Below, in pieces: positions 20,382 to 30,793 of a stretch of 64,000 nt of DNA. Source of the DNA: an uncultured Ruficoccus sp. GTDB taxonomy: Bacteria > Verrucomicrobiota > Verrucomicrobiia > Opitutales > Cerasicoccaceae. How positions within the stretch are numbered: position 1 is the first letter of the stretch; the number at the start of each line of letters is the position of its first letter. The stretch spans positions 50,373 to 114,372 of the forward strand of contig OZ223489.1 of NCBI GenBank assembly GCA_965140785.1, read 5' to 3'. Position numbers and translations under genes: made by a program. A model generated the notes under the pieces. It was not told the origin of the DNA and ran no database searches. It worked only from the letters and a program-made list of their open reading frames with translations.

Positions 20382-20719
20382 AGGGTAAGAATATAGGAGT
20401 CTGACACTGTCGCGCGTGCTGTCAATTGAGAAGCCACGCGGCTTTATCAGCCTCTTGGCTTAATATAGTATAGCCCGTCCGGGGCGAATTTGCATCCCTG
20501 CCCCCCGCTAAAACCCGAAAAACAGCCGCCGGAAAGCTGACGCTCGGAAAATTTGGGCTTGATTCTCCCGCATCGCCCTGAGAGCCTGTGTGCATCCGGG
20601 ACGAACTTGTTCTACCCGCCCGGTGGCCCCTGAGGCCCGTCGCCGCAATGTCGCGGCAGACCCTTTTCCCCTTTTGCTCGCAGCCAGCCCTTCGGCTCCG
20701 CTACGCGAACCTCTTGTTT

Positions 20720-21850
20720 ATGAGCGAAAACCACTCGCCTGAGAATCAGATTGCCGTGGAAGGCATCTTCGAACCGTCTAACAACAAGACGGGGCAACTG
20801 CTTGACCCGTCCAAAAACGGGCGGCAGCGCCATAGCGATCCCTTCATCCCCCGGGAGCTGGTCCGCCGCTTCAAGCTCAAGCGCGGCCAGTGGGTCAGTG
20901 CCAACGCCATCCACGACGGGCGCTTCCCCAATCCCAAGGTCCGCTACATCGAGGCCATCGATGGGCTCAGCGTCGAGGACCGCCGCCGGCGCTACGACTT
21001 TTCCCAGCTCACCACCATCGCCCCCAACGAACGGCTCAACCTGGAGTGCAAGGACGGACGCCTCACCACCCGCGTAATTGACCTGTTCTGCCCCATCGGC
21101 AAGGGCCAGCGCGGCCTCATCGTGGCCCCGCCCCGCACTGGTAAGACCACCCTGCTCAAGGACATCGCCGAAGGCGTGATCGAGAATCACCCCGAGTGCA
21201 CCGTCATGGTCCTACTGGTGGACGAGCGGCCCGAGGAGGTGACCGACTTCCGCCGCGAGCTGCCCACGGCCGAGATTTTCGCCTCCTCCAACGACGAGGA
21301 GCTCGAGAGCCACATCCGCATCGCCGACATCGCCATTGACCGGGCCAAGCGCCAGATGGAGGTCGGCAAGGACGTGGTCCTGCTGCTGGACTCGATCACC
21401 CGCCTTTCCCGCGCCCACAATGCCAACCGCAGTTCCGGGCGCACCATGACCGGCGGTCTCGACGTGCGCGCCCTGGAAAAACCGCGCCAACTCTTCTCCT
21501 CCGCCCGCAATACCGAGGAGGCCGGCAGCCTGACCATCATCGCCTCCGCGCTCATCCAGACCGGCAGCAAGATGGACGACCTGATTTTCGAGGAGTTCAA
21601 GGGTACCGGAAATATGGAAATGGTCCTCGACCGCAAGTGCGCCGAGCTGCGCTTGTGGCCGGCCATCAACATCAACTCCTCCGGCACCCGCAAAGAAGAA
21701 CTGCTGCTCGACGCCAAGACCCTCGACAAGGTCGGTTTCTTCCGCCGGGCCCTGGCACCGATGAAAATCGAGGACGGCTGCGAAACCCTGATCGAACGTA
21801 TGGGCAAGACCAAGAATAATGCCGAACTCCTGCGGCTGCTGGAGGGTTAG
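20720..21850 (+). CDS. rho: Transcription termination factor Rho (short form)
   Basis: PIGKGQRGLIVAPPRTGKT, DERPEEVT, FEEFKGTGNME, SGTRKEELL. Confidence 0.93.
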   Translation: MSENHSPENQIAVEGIFEPSNNKTGQLLDPSKNGRQRHSDPFIPRELVRRFKLKRGQWVSANAIHDGRFPNPKVRYIEAIDGLSVEDRRRRYDFSQLTTIAPNERLNLECKDGRLTTRVIDLFCPIGKGQRGLIVAPPRTGKTTLLKDIAEGVIENHPECTVMVLLVDERPEEVTDFRRELPTAEIFASSNDEELESHIRIADIAIDRAKRQMEVGKDVVLLLDSITRLSRAHNANRSSGRTMTGGLDVRALEKPRQLFSSARNTEEAGSLTIIASALIQTGSKMDDLIFEEFKGTGNMEMVLDRKCAELRLWPAININSSGTRKEELLLDAKTLDKVGFFRRALAPMKIEDGCETLIERMGKTKNNAELLRLLEG

Positions 21851-22136
21851 GCAATGGCCCCAAATTCCGGCACCGGCGCCGGATTCATCCGTCCGGGTCC
21901 AGGGCACGCCCCCGGCCCAATGACCGTTAGGGTAAAAACGGCAGCGGAAGGGCGTGAATGACCTCGCTTTTGATCAATCCGATGGCCGTTTTTTCCAAAC
22001 GGCCTTATGATCAATTGATTTTCCATCAATCGGAAACCGATGGCATTAAGCTCTGCTAATGGCACGAATAAAGCTAACGTAAAATAACGTTTGCCAGGTT
22101 AACTCAGGCCGGCCGGGCTCCGATATTAAAATATCC

Positions 22137-22376
22137 ATGAAGACGGTATCCAGCCAACAGAGCGACCTGCGCCGCTTGTTTCACGACATCAATGGGGAGA
22201 TATTCCTCATTCGCGGTAATGCCGATATGGCCCTAATTGGCCTCCCGGAAGATTCCCCACTGAAAATCCAGCTTCAGGAAATCATCACTCACGCGGAGAT
22301 TTTGGGTGAGCGCCTTCAGCAAACTCACGACATTTGCGTGAGCGAGGACTCTATTCCCCAGGAAAAAGCATTATAA
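22137..22376 (+). CDS. Stand-alone HisKA-like helical protein
   Basis: LRRLFHDINGEIFLIRGNADMAL resembles an H-box; no ATPase domain. Confidence 0.55.
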   Translation: MKTVSSQQSDLRRLFHDINGEIFLIRGNADMALIGLPEDSPLKIQLQEIITHAEILGERLQQTHDICVSEDSIPQEKAL

Positions 22377-22388
22377 GCGATTTTTCTC

Positions 22389-22415
22389 TTAAGGAGCGGT
22401 CAAGCCGCCCGATAA
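22389..22415 (+). promoter_or_regulatory. Sigma28-like promoter
   Basis: TTAAGGAG-N11-CCCGATAA versus consensus TAAAGTTT-N11-GCCGATAA, 12 nt before ATG 22428. Confidence 0.45.
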
Positions 22416-22427
22416 GGCTAACTAACC

Positions 22428-22616
22428 ATGCTGCCTAGAATAGAATATTCCAACGTGAACGCCCCGCTCCCGCCGCGAAGCGGGCAATACCGCGCGCCCT
22501 CTGGTAAGATACGGCGCGAAAAGGTGTTGCTGGGGCAGCGATTGATGGCGGATCCCGATTATCCCGGTCGCGATGCCCTGCGGGGTGTCGCCAGAGCGAT
22601 GATCGAGAACTGCTGA
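22428..22616 (+). CDS. Small FlgM-like protein
   Basis: IRREKVLLGQRLMADPDYP..ALRGVARAMI resembles the FlgM C-terminal helices. Confidence 0.5.
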   Translation: MLPRIEYSNVNAPLPPRSGQYRAPSGKIRREKVLLGQRLMADPDYPGRDALRGVARAMIENC

Positions 22617-22851
22617 ATATCGCTCCAGTAACCCGCAATAGATCGGTGCTTTCCTGTCACGGCGCCGGCGGAACGGCTTGGCCAGCCAGCCAAGACCGAA
22701 AAAATCCAACTCTCACGCCTTTCGTGTGGACGCCGGGGTTTTTGTCATTAGGCTGCGGGGCTCAAACGCAAACTTGAGCTTTTAGCTGGCGACGCCTTTG
22801 TGCCCCCCTTGTCAGGGTCAAAGGTCCGCCTAACCCTTACCCGAGATTATT

Positions 22852-24429
22852 ATGAGTTGGAGCCGCTTCAAAGAGTATTGCCTGAATATCCCTTCCCTGG
22901 ACCTGATGCTGGACGTCAGCCGTGTTGACTTCCCGGAGACCTATTTCGCGGAAATGCAGCCGAAGATCACCCAGGCCATCGCCGATATGGAGGCCCTCGA
23001 AGGTGGCGCCATCGCCAACCCCGACGAAAACCGCATGGTCGGCCACTACTGGCTGCGCAACGCCGCCCTCGCCCCCGAGGCCTCGATCACCGAGGAGATC
23101 TCGCAGACCCGCCAGCGCATCAAGGATTTTGCCGCCCAGGTCCTCTCCGGCGAGATCGCCGGTCAGGACGGCCCCTTTAAGAATATCCTCTGCATCGGTA
23201 TCGGTGGCTCCGCCCTGGGCCCGCAATTTGTTGCCCAGGCCCTCGGTAACCCCGCCACCGACCCGGTGAAGGTCTATTTCTTCGATAATACCGACCCGGA
23301 CGGCTTCGACATCGTCCTCAAGCAGTTGGAGGGCAAGCTCGGCCAGACGCTGGCCGTCGTCACCACCAAGTCCGGCGGCACCCCCGAGACCCGCAACGGC
23401 ATGGTCGAGGCCGAAGCCGCCTGGAAGGCAGCCGGCCTGGACTTCGCCAAGCACGCCGTGGCCATCACCGGCAAGGACAGCAAGATGGACAAGGTCGCCG
23501 TCTCCGAAGGCTGGATCGAACGCTTCCCGATGTGGGACTGGGTCGGTGGACGCACCAGCGAGCTCGCCGCCGTGGGCCTCGTCCCCGCCGCCCTCTCCGG
23601 CTTCGACATTGACGGCATGCTCGACGGCGCCGCCGCCATGGACGAAGTCACCCGCGAGAAGGATTTCCGCAAAAACCCCGCCGCCCTGCTCGCCCTCATG
23701 TGGTACCACCTGACCGGCGGACGCGGTGCCAAGGACATGGTCATCCTGCCCTACAAGGAGCGCCTCTCGCTCTTCGCCAAGTACCTCCAGCAACTCGTTA
23801 TGGAGTCCCTCGGCAAGGAAAAGGACCTCGACGGTAACGTCGTCCACCAGGGCATCGCCGTTTACGGCAACAAGGGCTCGACCGACCAGCACGCCTACGT
23901 GCAGCAGTTGCGCGACGGCGTCGCGAACTTTTACGCCACCTTTATCGAGGTGCTCAAATCCCGCGACGGCGACTCCATAAAGGTCGAGGGCGAGCACACC
24001 GCCGGAGACTTCCTCCAGGGCTTCCTCCTGGGCACCCGCGACGCGCTCTACGAGAATGGCCGCAACTCCATTACCATCACGGTCGGAGAGGTTACGCCGT
24101 TCACCGTGGGCATGCTGATCGCCCTCTATGAGCGCGCCGTCGGCTACTACGGCTCGCTGGTCAACATCAACGCCTACCACCAGCCCGGCGTCGAAGCGGG
24201 CAAAAAGGCCGCCGCCGGCACCCTCGAACTGCGTCAGGCCATCCTCGACACCCTCCGGGCAGCCAAGGGCGAAAGCTTCACCGCCGAGACCCTGGCCCAA
24301 AAACTAGGGCGCGAACCCCAGACCGAACTGATATACAAAATCCTTGAGAATCTGGCCGCCAACCCCTCCAAGGGCGTGCAAAAAAGTGCTGGCCAAGCCT
24401 TCTACGACAATCAATATTCGTGCGTTTAG
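22852..24429 (+). CDS. pgi: Glucose-6-phosphate isomerase
   Basis: [44 protein letters not shown]. Confidence 0.96.
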   Translation: MSWSRFKEYCLNIPSLDLMLDVSRVDFPETYFAEMQPKITQAIADMEALEGGAIANPDENRMVGHYWLRNAALAPEASITEEISQTRQRIKDFAAQVLSGEIAGQDGPFKNILCIGIGGSALGPQFVAQALGNPATDPVKVYFFDNTDPDGFDIVLKQLEGKLGQTLAVVTTKSGGTPETRNGMVEAEAAWKAAGLDFAKHAVAITGKDSKMDKVAVSEGWIERFPMWDWVGGRTSELAAVGLVPAALSGFDIDGMLDGAAAMDEVTREKDFRKNPAALLALMWYHLTGGRGAKDMVILPYKERLSLFAKYLQQLVMESLGKEKDLDGNVVHQGIAVYGNKGSTDQHAYVQQLRDGVANFYATFIEVLKSRDGDSIKVEGEHTAGDFLQGFLLGTRDALYENGRNSITITVGEVTPFTVGMLIALYERAVGYYGSLVNINAYHQPGVEAGKKAAAGTLELRQAILDTLRAAKGESFTAETLAQKLGREPQTELIYKILENLAANPSKGVQKSAGQAFYDNQYSCV

Positions 24430-24460
24430 CCCCAAGTAATCCAGTTCAGTTACCCGCTTT

Positions 24461-25363
24461 ATGAAAATGGTTTCTATCCTCCTCCGCGTTATCGCGATCC
24501 TCGGTGCCTGCGCCGCCGTTGCCGGTTGGGTCCTCACCCAGGGCAAGGTCAACGAGGCCAATGAAAAACTTGCCCAAAAGGACAAGCAAGTCCAGGCCGC
24601 TAAGGCCCAGGCCAGCGATGCCCAGGGCCAGCTCGAAGGACTGCAGGGACAGATCCGCAGCCTCGACTCCGACCTCGGCGCGATCAAGGACCGCGAAGCC
24701 AAGGCCCGCTCCCAGTACGCCAAGGCCAGCCGCGACATCACCGGCCTCCAGTCCGACCTCGACAAGGCTCAGAAAGATCTCAACGACCTGAAGAGTAAAA
24801 ACGAGAGCCTGAAGCGCGAGTTGATCGACCAGCGTACCCGCGTGCCCGGCACCGATGCCACCATGGTCACCGACTACGAGGCGAAGATCGAAAAGCTCGA
24901 ATCCCAGATCAGCGCTCTGAGCACCCAGCTCGCCGACGCCAACAAGAAGCTTCAGGAGGCCTCCGCTACCGCCGCTTCCGTGGCCGCCACCGTGCCCTCG
25001 ACCCGCTCCACCTACGGCAGCACGACCTATAACCCCGGCACCACCACTGCCGGCACGACGACCACGACCACTGTCGCTAATGCCGACGGCACGCCGTCGG
25101 CCGCCCCGATTGTCACCACCTCCGTCATCGGCAGCGCCTCGATCCTGAAGGCCGACCACGAGAAGGGCATTCTGATCATCAGCCGTCCCCAGCGGGGCGA
25201 CTTGCAGAGCCAGAGCGAGTTCGGCATCGTCAAGGGCCTGGAAAAACCCGTTCGCCTGAAAGCTACCAAAGTTGAGCCGACCTACGTGATCACCAACATC
25301 ATTCCCGGCGATAACAACGCCCGCATCTACAAGGAAGGTGACCAAGTTTCGATCATCCAGTAA
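24461..25363 (+). CDS. Membrane-anchored coiled-coil protein
   Basis: N-terminal TM, long heptad coiled coil, Thr-rich linker, small beta domain. Confidence 0.8.
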   Translation: MKMVSILLRVIAILGACAAVAGWVLTQGKVNEANEKLAQKDKQVQAAKAQASDAQGQLEGLQGQIRSLDSDLGAIKDREAKARSQYAKASRDITGLQSDLDKAQKDLNDLKSKNESLKRELIDQRTRVPGTDATMVTDYEAKIEKLESQISALSTQLADANKKLQEASATAASVAATVPSTRSTYGSTTYNPGTTTAGTTTTTTVANADGTPSAAPIVTTSVIGSASILKADHEKGILIISRPQRGDLQSQSEFGIVKGLEKPVRLKATKVEPTYVITNIIPGDNNARIYKEGDQVSIIQ

Positions 25364-25370
25364 ACGTACT

Positions 25371-25538
25371 ATGTGGAAAAAATTGCTGTGTCTGAGTGCT
25401 CTCGCCCTCGCCGCCCTCGCGATCAGTGGTTGCGAGAGCGATCCGGATGAATCCAACATCCCTTGGGGTCGCCCGGCCTCCTGGGAAGGCGGTCCCGCCG
25501 GTTACGGCGACGCGCTCCCCGGCAAGGAAAGATACTGA
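25371..25538 (+). CDS. Small lipoprotein
   Basis: MWKKLL..AISG/C lipobox; IPWGRPASWEG. Confidence 0.75.
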   Translation: MWKKLLCLSALALAALAISGCESDPDESNIPWGRPASWEGGPAGYGDALPGKERY

Positions 25539-25561
25539 TTTTAGCGTCCTCGGACGCATCC

Positions 25562-25593
25562 AGCAGGTTCCGGTCACCGGAACCTGCTTTTTT
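25562..25593 (+). terminator. Intrinsic terminator
   Basis: AGCAGGTTCCGG-tca-CCGGAACCTGCT followed by T-run. Confidence 0.85.
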
Positions 25594-25656
25594 GTGCCCA
25601 AGCACAACCCGGTCTTGAGCCTGCCGACGGACCGGTCTATGCATCGTGACTCTGCC

Positions 25657-26382
25657 ATGAGTGACCCCCTTTCAGCCGAATCGTCCGCCCCGGCCCTTGA
25701 GCCCGCGCTCTATGTCGTCGGTACTCCGATTGGCAATCTGAGCGACTTGAGCCAGCGGGCCATCGACGTGCTCTGCGGGTGCGACGTGATCGCCTGCGAG
25801 GACACCCGCAAGACCGGGCATCTCCTGGCCCGGATCGGCAGCACCCGCCCCACCCTCTCCTGCCACGAGCACAACGAGCAGCCCCGCGCCTCAGAGCTGG
25901 CCGACAAGGTCGCCGCCGGGCAGGCCGTGGCCATCGTCTCCGACGCGGGCACGCCCGCCATCTCCGACCCGGGCTTCCGTGCCGTGCGCGAGTGCCGCCG
26001 CCGGGGCCTGAGGGTCATCCCCATCCCCGGCCCGAGTGCTGTCATCGCCGCCCTTTCGGCCTCCGGCCTGCCGACCAACGGTTTTCTCTACGTCGGCTTC
26101 CTCCCGCCCAAAAGCGCCGCCCGCCGACGCTTTCTGGAGGAGCACCGGAACTTTCCGTACACCCTGGCCCTCTACGAATCCTCCCACCGCATCGGCAAGT
26201 TTGCCGCCGAGATGGTGGACGTACTCGGCCCGCAGCGTGTCGTCTGCCTGGCCCGCGAGGTGACCAAGCTGCACGAGACCTTCCTCGTCGGCCCGGTCGA
26301 GCAGGTGGCCGCCCAGCTCACCGGCAACAACCTGAAAGGCGAATTCACGGTCCTGATCGCGCCGGATACGTTCGAGCTCTAA
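25657..26382 (+). CDS. rsmI: 16S rRNA C1402 2'-O-methyltransferase
   Basis: LYVVGTPIGNLSD, ACEDTR, VSDAGTPAISDPG, REVTKLHE. Confidence 0.94.
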   Translation: MSDPLSAESSAPALEPALYVVGTPIGNLSDLSQRAIDVLCGCDVIACEDTRKTGHLLARIGSTRPTLSCHEHNEQPRASELADKVAAGQAVAIVSDAGTPAISDPGFRAVRECRRRGLRVIPIPGPSAVIAALSASGLPTNGFLYVGFLPPKSAARRRFLEEHRNFPYTLALYESSHRIGKFAAEMVDVLGPQRVVCLAREVTKLHETFLVGPVEQVAAQLTGNNLKGEFTVLIAPDTFEL

Positions 26383-26694
26383 GCGTCAGAGCAGAGACCT
26401 GACGCAGTGACGCACTGCGTCACTGCTGCCACTGCCAACACGGCGACATCAGCGACGGCAGTTGACGCTAGCTCAAACGCACGCCGCTTTGCCCAGGCTT
26501 AAAACTTTTTAGGTACGTGGGTATTGACGGCGAGAAGTCGCCATCCCCGGCGAATGGCATCGACCAGCCCTCAGGCGTATTGACCACTGCCGCCGGAAAA
26601 ATGACGGAGAGCGGCATGTAAATTCCCCCCGCCCACCGTCTTCTCCGTGACTCCGGGGTTCTTTTGTGCTTAATAGGGATTCACTTTCCCCCTC

Positions 26695-27618
26695 ATGAGA
26701 ATCGGCGTCATCGACATCGGAAGCAATTCCATCAAACTCCTCGTGGCCGAAACCGGCTCCACCCTGGCCGCACTTTACCAGACCACACTGGAGACCCGTA
26801 TCAGCGCCGGCATTGGCAAGGACCAGCCCGTCCTTAGCCAACCCGCCATGAAGGCCGCCACCGAGGCCGTGATCAAGCTGATCAACGAGGCCCGAAAATT
26901 TGCCCCGGAGAGCTTCGCCATCGTCGCCACCAGCGCCGTCCGCGACGCCGTCAACCGCAAGGATTTCATCCAACGCATCGAAGACGCCACCGGCCACCGC
27001 CTGCGCGTCCTCACCGGCGAGGAAGAGGCCGCCTACATCGGGCGGGCCATCACGACCGATCCGGCCTTGGCTGAGTACCGCGCCTTCACCCTGTGCGACC
27101 TGGGCGGCGGCAGCCTGGAGTTTATTCGGCTGGAGGACGGCAACCTGACCGAGAAGGTCAGCCTCCAGCTCGGCGCGGTCCGGCTGCTGGAACGCTTTGT
27201 CAACGACCCGACCGCACCCCTGGCGCCGCGCACCGCCGCCCGCATCGCCGACTACGTGCGCCAGAAGGTGACCGAGTCGGGCTTTCGCGCCATCAAGGGC
27301 CAGAAGCTCCTCGCCGCCACCGGCGGGGCGGTCAATGTCGCCCGCGCCGTGCGCGCCGGCTGGCTGGGCCGCAAGTACGCCGAGACGCCCTCGACCATCA
27401 CCGTGAATTTCCTGCGCTACCTCGGCGAAGAGCTCAGCGCCGCCACCCTGGAGGAGCGCCAGCGCATCCCCCAGCTCCCCGCCGAGCGCGCCGACATCAT
27501 GCCGGTGGCCTGCGTCATTCTGCTCACCGTGGCCGAGCTTGCCGGGGCCGATCATTTCGTCCACTCCCTGCACAACCTGCGCTACGGCATCGCCGCCGAA
27601 GCGGGCGAAGGCGGGTAA
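26695..27618 (+). CDS. ppx: Ppx/GppA phosphatase
   Basis: IDIGSNSIK, ATSAVRDA, GEEEA, DLGGGSLE. Confidence 0.88.
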   Translation: MRIGVIDIGSNSIKLLVAETGSTLAALYQTTLETRISAGIGKDQPVLSQPAMKAATEAVIKLINEARKFAPESFAIVATSAVRDAVNRKDFIQRIEDATGHRLRVLTGEEEAAYIGRAITTDPALAEYRAFTLCDLGGGSLEFIRLEDGNLTEKVSLQLGAVRLLERFVNDPTAPLAPRTAARIADYVRQKVTESGFRAIKGQKLLAATGGAVNVARAVRAGWLGRKYAETPSTITVNFLRYLGEELSAATLEERQRIPQLPAERADIMPVACVILLTVAELAGADHFVHSLHNLRYGIAAEAGEGG

Positions 27619-27629
27619 GGGGAGGATTT

Positions 27630-27914
27630 CTGGGCTTATGCAGCCCAGACCCGCAGCAGACGAAGTCTGCACTTTCGATGCTGCGCATCGCGTCGGCGTT
27701 CGTGGGAAAGAGCGATCGCTCTTTCCCACAAACGCCGAGGGAGCATCAAAACTGGGTCGCCACCTTTTTACTCCGCTCGCGACCCGTATTTAGCTGGGCA
27801 GGCCGTGCGTCAGAAGAGACTTCAAAGTCGGTCCGGCGTTTGTGCGCAGCACGAACGCCGGACCGGGGGTGCAGGCTTCGCCTGCCGCGGGGTTTGGGGG
27901 CGCGGAGCCCCCAA
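27630..27914. repeat. Composite structured repeat with imperfect terminal inverted repeats
   Basis: Left half shared with 54432, right half shared with 15660-15771; multiple internal hairpins. Confidence 0.85.
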
Positions 27915-27929
27915 CATCTCCCCCCCACC

Positions 27930-29171
27930 CTACCCGCGCAGGTCGCCCAAACGCGGGCCGCCCTGGGCCTTGGCACGGGCGCGCAAGCGCAGGCCCTGGA
28001 GGTGGATGAAGCCGCTGGCGTCGTCAGGGTTGTAGTCGCTTTTGACGCCTTCCATCGAGGCGATGTTCTCGTCGTAGAGCGAGACGGGGGACTTGCGCCC
28101 AACGGTGATGATGTTGCCCTTGTAAAGTTTCAGGCGGACGGTGCCGTTGACGTTTTTCTGCGACTCGTCCACGAAGGCCTGAAGCGCCTCGCGCTCGGGC
28201 GCGTACCAGAACCCGTAGTAAACCAGCTCGGCGTACTTGGGGATGAGGCTGTCGCGCAGGTGGGCAAGGTCGCGGTCGAGGGTCAGGGACTCGACCTGGC
28301 GGCGGGCGTGAAGGAGGATGGTACCGCCGGGGGTCTCATAGACGCCGCGGCTCTTCATGCCCACGAAGCGGTTCTCGACCAAGTCCACACGGCCGATGCC
28401 GTGCTTGCCGGCGAGGGTGTTGAGCTTTTTGAGGACGCCGGCGGGGCTGAGGGCCTCACCGTTGACGGCCACACAATCGCCCTTTTCAAAGTCCAGCTCG
28501 ACGTATTCGGCCTGGTCGGGGGCGTCCTCGGGGGAGACGGAGAGCTTGAACATGGCCTTGTTCTCCGGCGTGGTCGGGTCGAACCACGGATCTTCGAGAA
28601 TACCCGCCTCGTAGGAAATGTGCAGCAGATTGCGATCCATCGAGTAGGGCTTGGACGCGCTGGCCTCGACGTTGACGCCGTGCTCGCGGCACCAGTTGAT
28701 CATCTCCTTGCGGCCCGGGAAGGCGTGGCGGAACTTGTCCATGCGCCAGGGCGAAATGATTTCGATGTCCGGGGCAAGCGCGGCGTAGGTCAGTTCGAAA
28801 CGGCACTGGTCGTTGCCCTTGCCGGTCGCGCCGTGGGCAACATGGGTCGCGCCCTCCTTGCGGGCGATCTCGATGTGGTGCTTGCCGATGAGCGGGCGGG
28901 CGATGGAGGTGCCCAGATAGTACTGGCCCTCGTAGATGGCGTTGGCGCGCATCATCGGGTAAATGAAGTCGCTGGCGAACTCCTCGACCAGGTCGAGCGT
29001 GTAGTGCTTGACCGCACCGGTGGCCTTGGCCTTTTCCTCCAGCCCGTCGAGCTCCTCCTGCTGGCCCACGTCGGCCGCAAAGGTCACGATCTCGGCGGAG
29101 TATTCTTCTTTCAACCACTTGACCAGGACGGACGTGTCGAGCCCGCCGGAATATGCCAGGACAATCTTCAT
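27930..29171 (-). CDS. argG: Argininosuccinate synthase
   Basis: [36 protein letters not shown]. Confidence 0.97.
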   Translation of the reverse strand: MKIVLAYSGGLDTSVLVKWLKEEYSAEIVTFAADVGQQEELDGLEEKAKATGAVKHYTLDLVEEFASDFIYPMMRANAIYEGQYYLGTSIARPLIGKHHIEIARKEGATHVAHGATGKGNDQCRFELTYAALAPDIEIISPWRMDKFRHAFPGRKEMINWCREHGVNVEASASKPYSMDRNLLHISYEAGILEDPWFDPTTPENKAMFKLSVSPEDAPDQAEYVELDFEKGDCVAVNGEALSPAGVLKKLNTLAGKHGIGRVDLVENRFVGMKSRGVYETPGGTILLHARRQVESLTLDRDLAHLRDSLIPKYAELVYYGFWYAPEREALQAFVDESQKNVNGTVRLKLYKGNIITVGRKSPVSLYDENIASMEGVKSDYNPDDASGFIHLQGLRLRARAKAQGGPRLGDLRG

Positions 29172-29240
29172 AAGCCCTCGAAAAGATGAGATTCCCGGGG
29201 TCAAGTCAATGCTGGACGCCAGTCCGAAGCATAAAGAACC

Positions 29241-29365
29241 AGCCACAGAGAGCATGGAGAATACACAGAGTTTTTAAAAAAACTCGAAAGGCAGCGATTC
29301 AACTAAACAACCTCCCAAAATGATAAATTCCCTTCCCCTTTCTGCCTTTGTGTCTTTGTGGTTAA
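29241..29365. repeat. 9-nt-periodic inverted-repeat element
   Basis: CCACAGAG..CACAGAG left arm; CTTTGTG..CTTTGTGGTTAA right arm. Confidence 0.6.
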
Positions 29366-29482
29366 TCATCTTTAAATGAAGAATCAACCTCCCGCACAAA
29401 GCGTATCTGATTCTCGTCTTTTCGTGCATTAGCGCATTTTACTGTTTCCAAGCGGGCGAAAATCCCGACAATAGCCCGCGCT

Positions 29483-30712
29483 ATGACGCCGAAGAAAGTT
29501 GGAATCCTTACCGCCGGGGGGCTCGCGCCCTGTCTGTCGTCCGCCGTGGGCGGCCTGATCGAACGCTACACCGAGATTGCACCGGATATTGAGATCATTT
29601 GCTACCGCAGCGGCTACAAGGGCCTGCTGCTGGGCGACTCGATCAAGGTCACGCCCGAGATCCGCGCCAACGCCGCCATCCTGCACCGCCACGGCGGCAG
29701 CCCGATCGGCAACAGCCGCGTGAAGCTCACCAACGTCAAGGACTGCGTCAAGCGCGGCCTGGTCAAGGAAGGCGAGAACCCGCAGAAGGTCGCCGCCGAC
29801 CAGCTCGTCAAGGACGGGGTGGACGTGCTCCACACCATCGGGGGTGATGACACCAACACCGCCGCCGCCGACCTGGCCAAGTTCCTCCACGAGAACGACT
29901 ACGAGCTGCACGTCATCGGCCTGCCCAAGACCATCGACAACGACGTCATCCCGATCAAGCAAAGCCTCGGGGCCTGGACCGCCGCCGAGGAGGGCGCCAA
30001 GTACTTCCGCAACGTCGTGGCCGAGCACAACTCCAACCCGCGCATGCTCATCGTGCACGAGGTCATGGGCCGCAACTGCGGCTGGCTCACCGCCGCCACT
30101 GCCAAGTACTACCGCGAAAACATCCTCGGCGACCGGGGCTTCCTGCCCGAGATCGGCCTGGGCAAGAGCAACCTCGACGTGCACGCTATTTTCGTTCCCG
30201 AGATGGAGATCGACTTCGCCGCCGAGGCCAAGCGCCTCAAGGCGATCATGGACGAGGTGGACTGCGTGAACATCTTCGTCAGCGAAGGAGCCGGTGTCTC
30301 CAGCATCGTCAAGGAGATGGAAGCTGCCGGTAAGGAAGTCCAGCGCGACGCCTTCGGCCACATCAAGCTCGACACCATCAACCCCGGCCAGTACTTCGCC
30401 AAGGAGTTCGCCAAGAAGCTCGACGCCGAGAAGACGATGGTGCAAAAGAGCGGCTACTTCTCCCGCGCGGCCCCGGCCAACATCGACGACCTGCGCCTGA
30501 TCAAGTCCTGCACCGACCTGGCTGTGCAGTGCGCCTTCGAGGGCAAGAGCGGCGTCATCGGCCACGACGAGGACCAGAACTTCGTCCTGCGCGCGATCGA
30601 GTTCGACCGCATCAAGGGGGGCAAGCCCTTTGACATCGACCAGCCCTGGTTCGAGGACCTGCTCGGCGCCATCGGCCAGTCCAAGGGCACCAAGGTCGAA
30701 GTCGAGCACTGA
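29483..30712 (+). CDS. pfp: Pyrophosphate-dependent phosphofructokinase
   Basis: TAGGLAPC, TIGGDDT, LPKTIDND, EVMGRNCG. Confidence 0.93.
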   Translation: MTPKKVGILTAGGLAPCLSSAVGGLIERYTEIAPDIEIICYRSGYKGLLLGDSIKVTPEIRANAAILHRHGGSPIGNSRVKLTNVKDCVKRGLVKEGENPQKVAADQLVKDGVDVLHTIGGDDTNTAAADLAKFLHENDYELHVIGLPKTIDNDVIPIKQSLGAWTAAEEGAKYFRNVVAEHNSNPRMLIVHEVMGRNCGWLTAATAKYYRENILGDRGFLPEIGLGKSNLDVHAIFVPEMEIDFAAEAKRLKAIMDEVDCVNIFVSEGAGVSSIVKEMEAAGKEVQRDAFGHIKLDTINPGQYFAKEFAKKLDAEKTMVQKSGYFSRAAPANIDDLRLIKSCTDLAVQCAFEGKSGVIGHDEDQNFVLRAIEFDRIKGGKPFDIDQPWFEDLLGAIGQSKGTKVEVEH

Positions 30713-30793
30713 GCCCGGCTACCGATTTTTTGAATCCACAGCCGCCAAGATCGCGCTCGACAATTTAAGGGTAAGCACCTATAAGGTCACATC

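Noticed and set aside
26383..26470. Perfect palindrome GCAGTGACGCA-C-TGCGTCACTGC and neighbouring stems
   Set aside because: Single copy in the window with no further support; possibly just a terminator or stabiliser of rsmI
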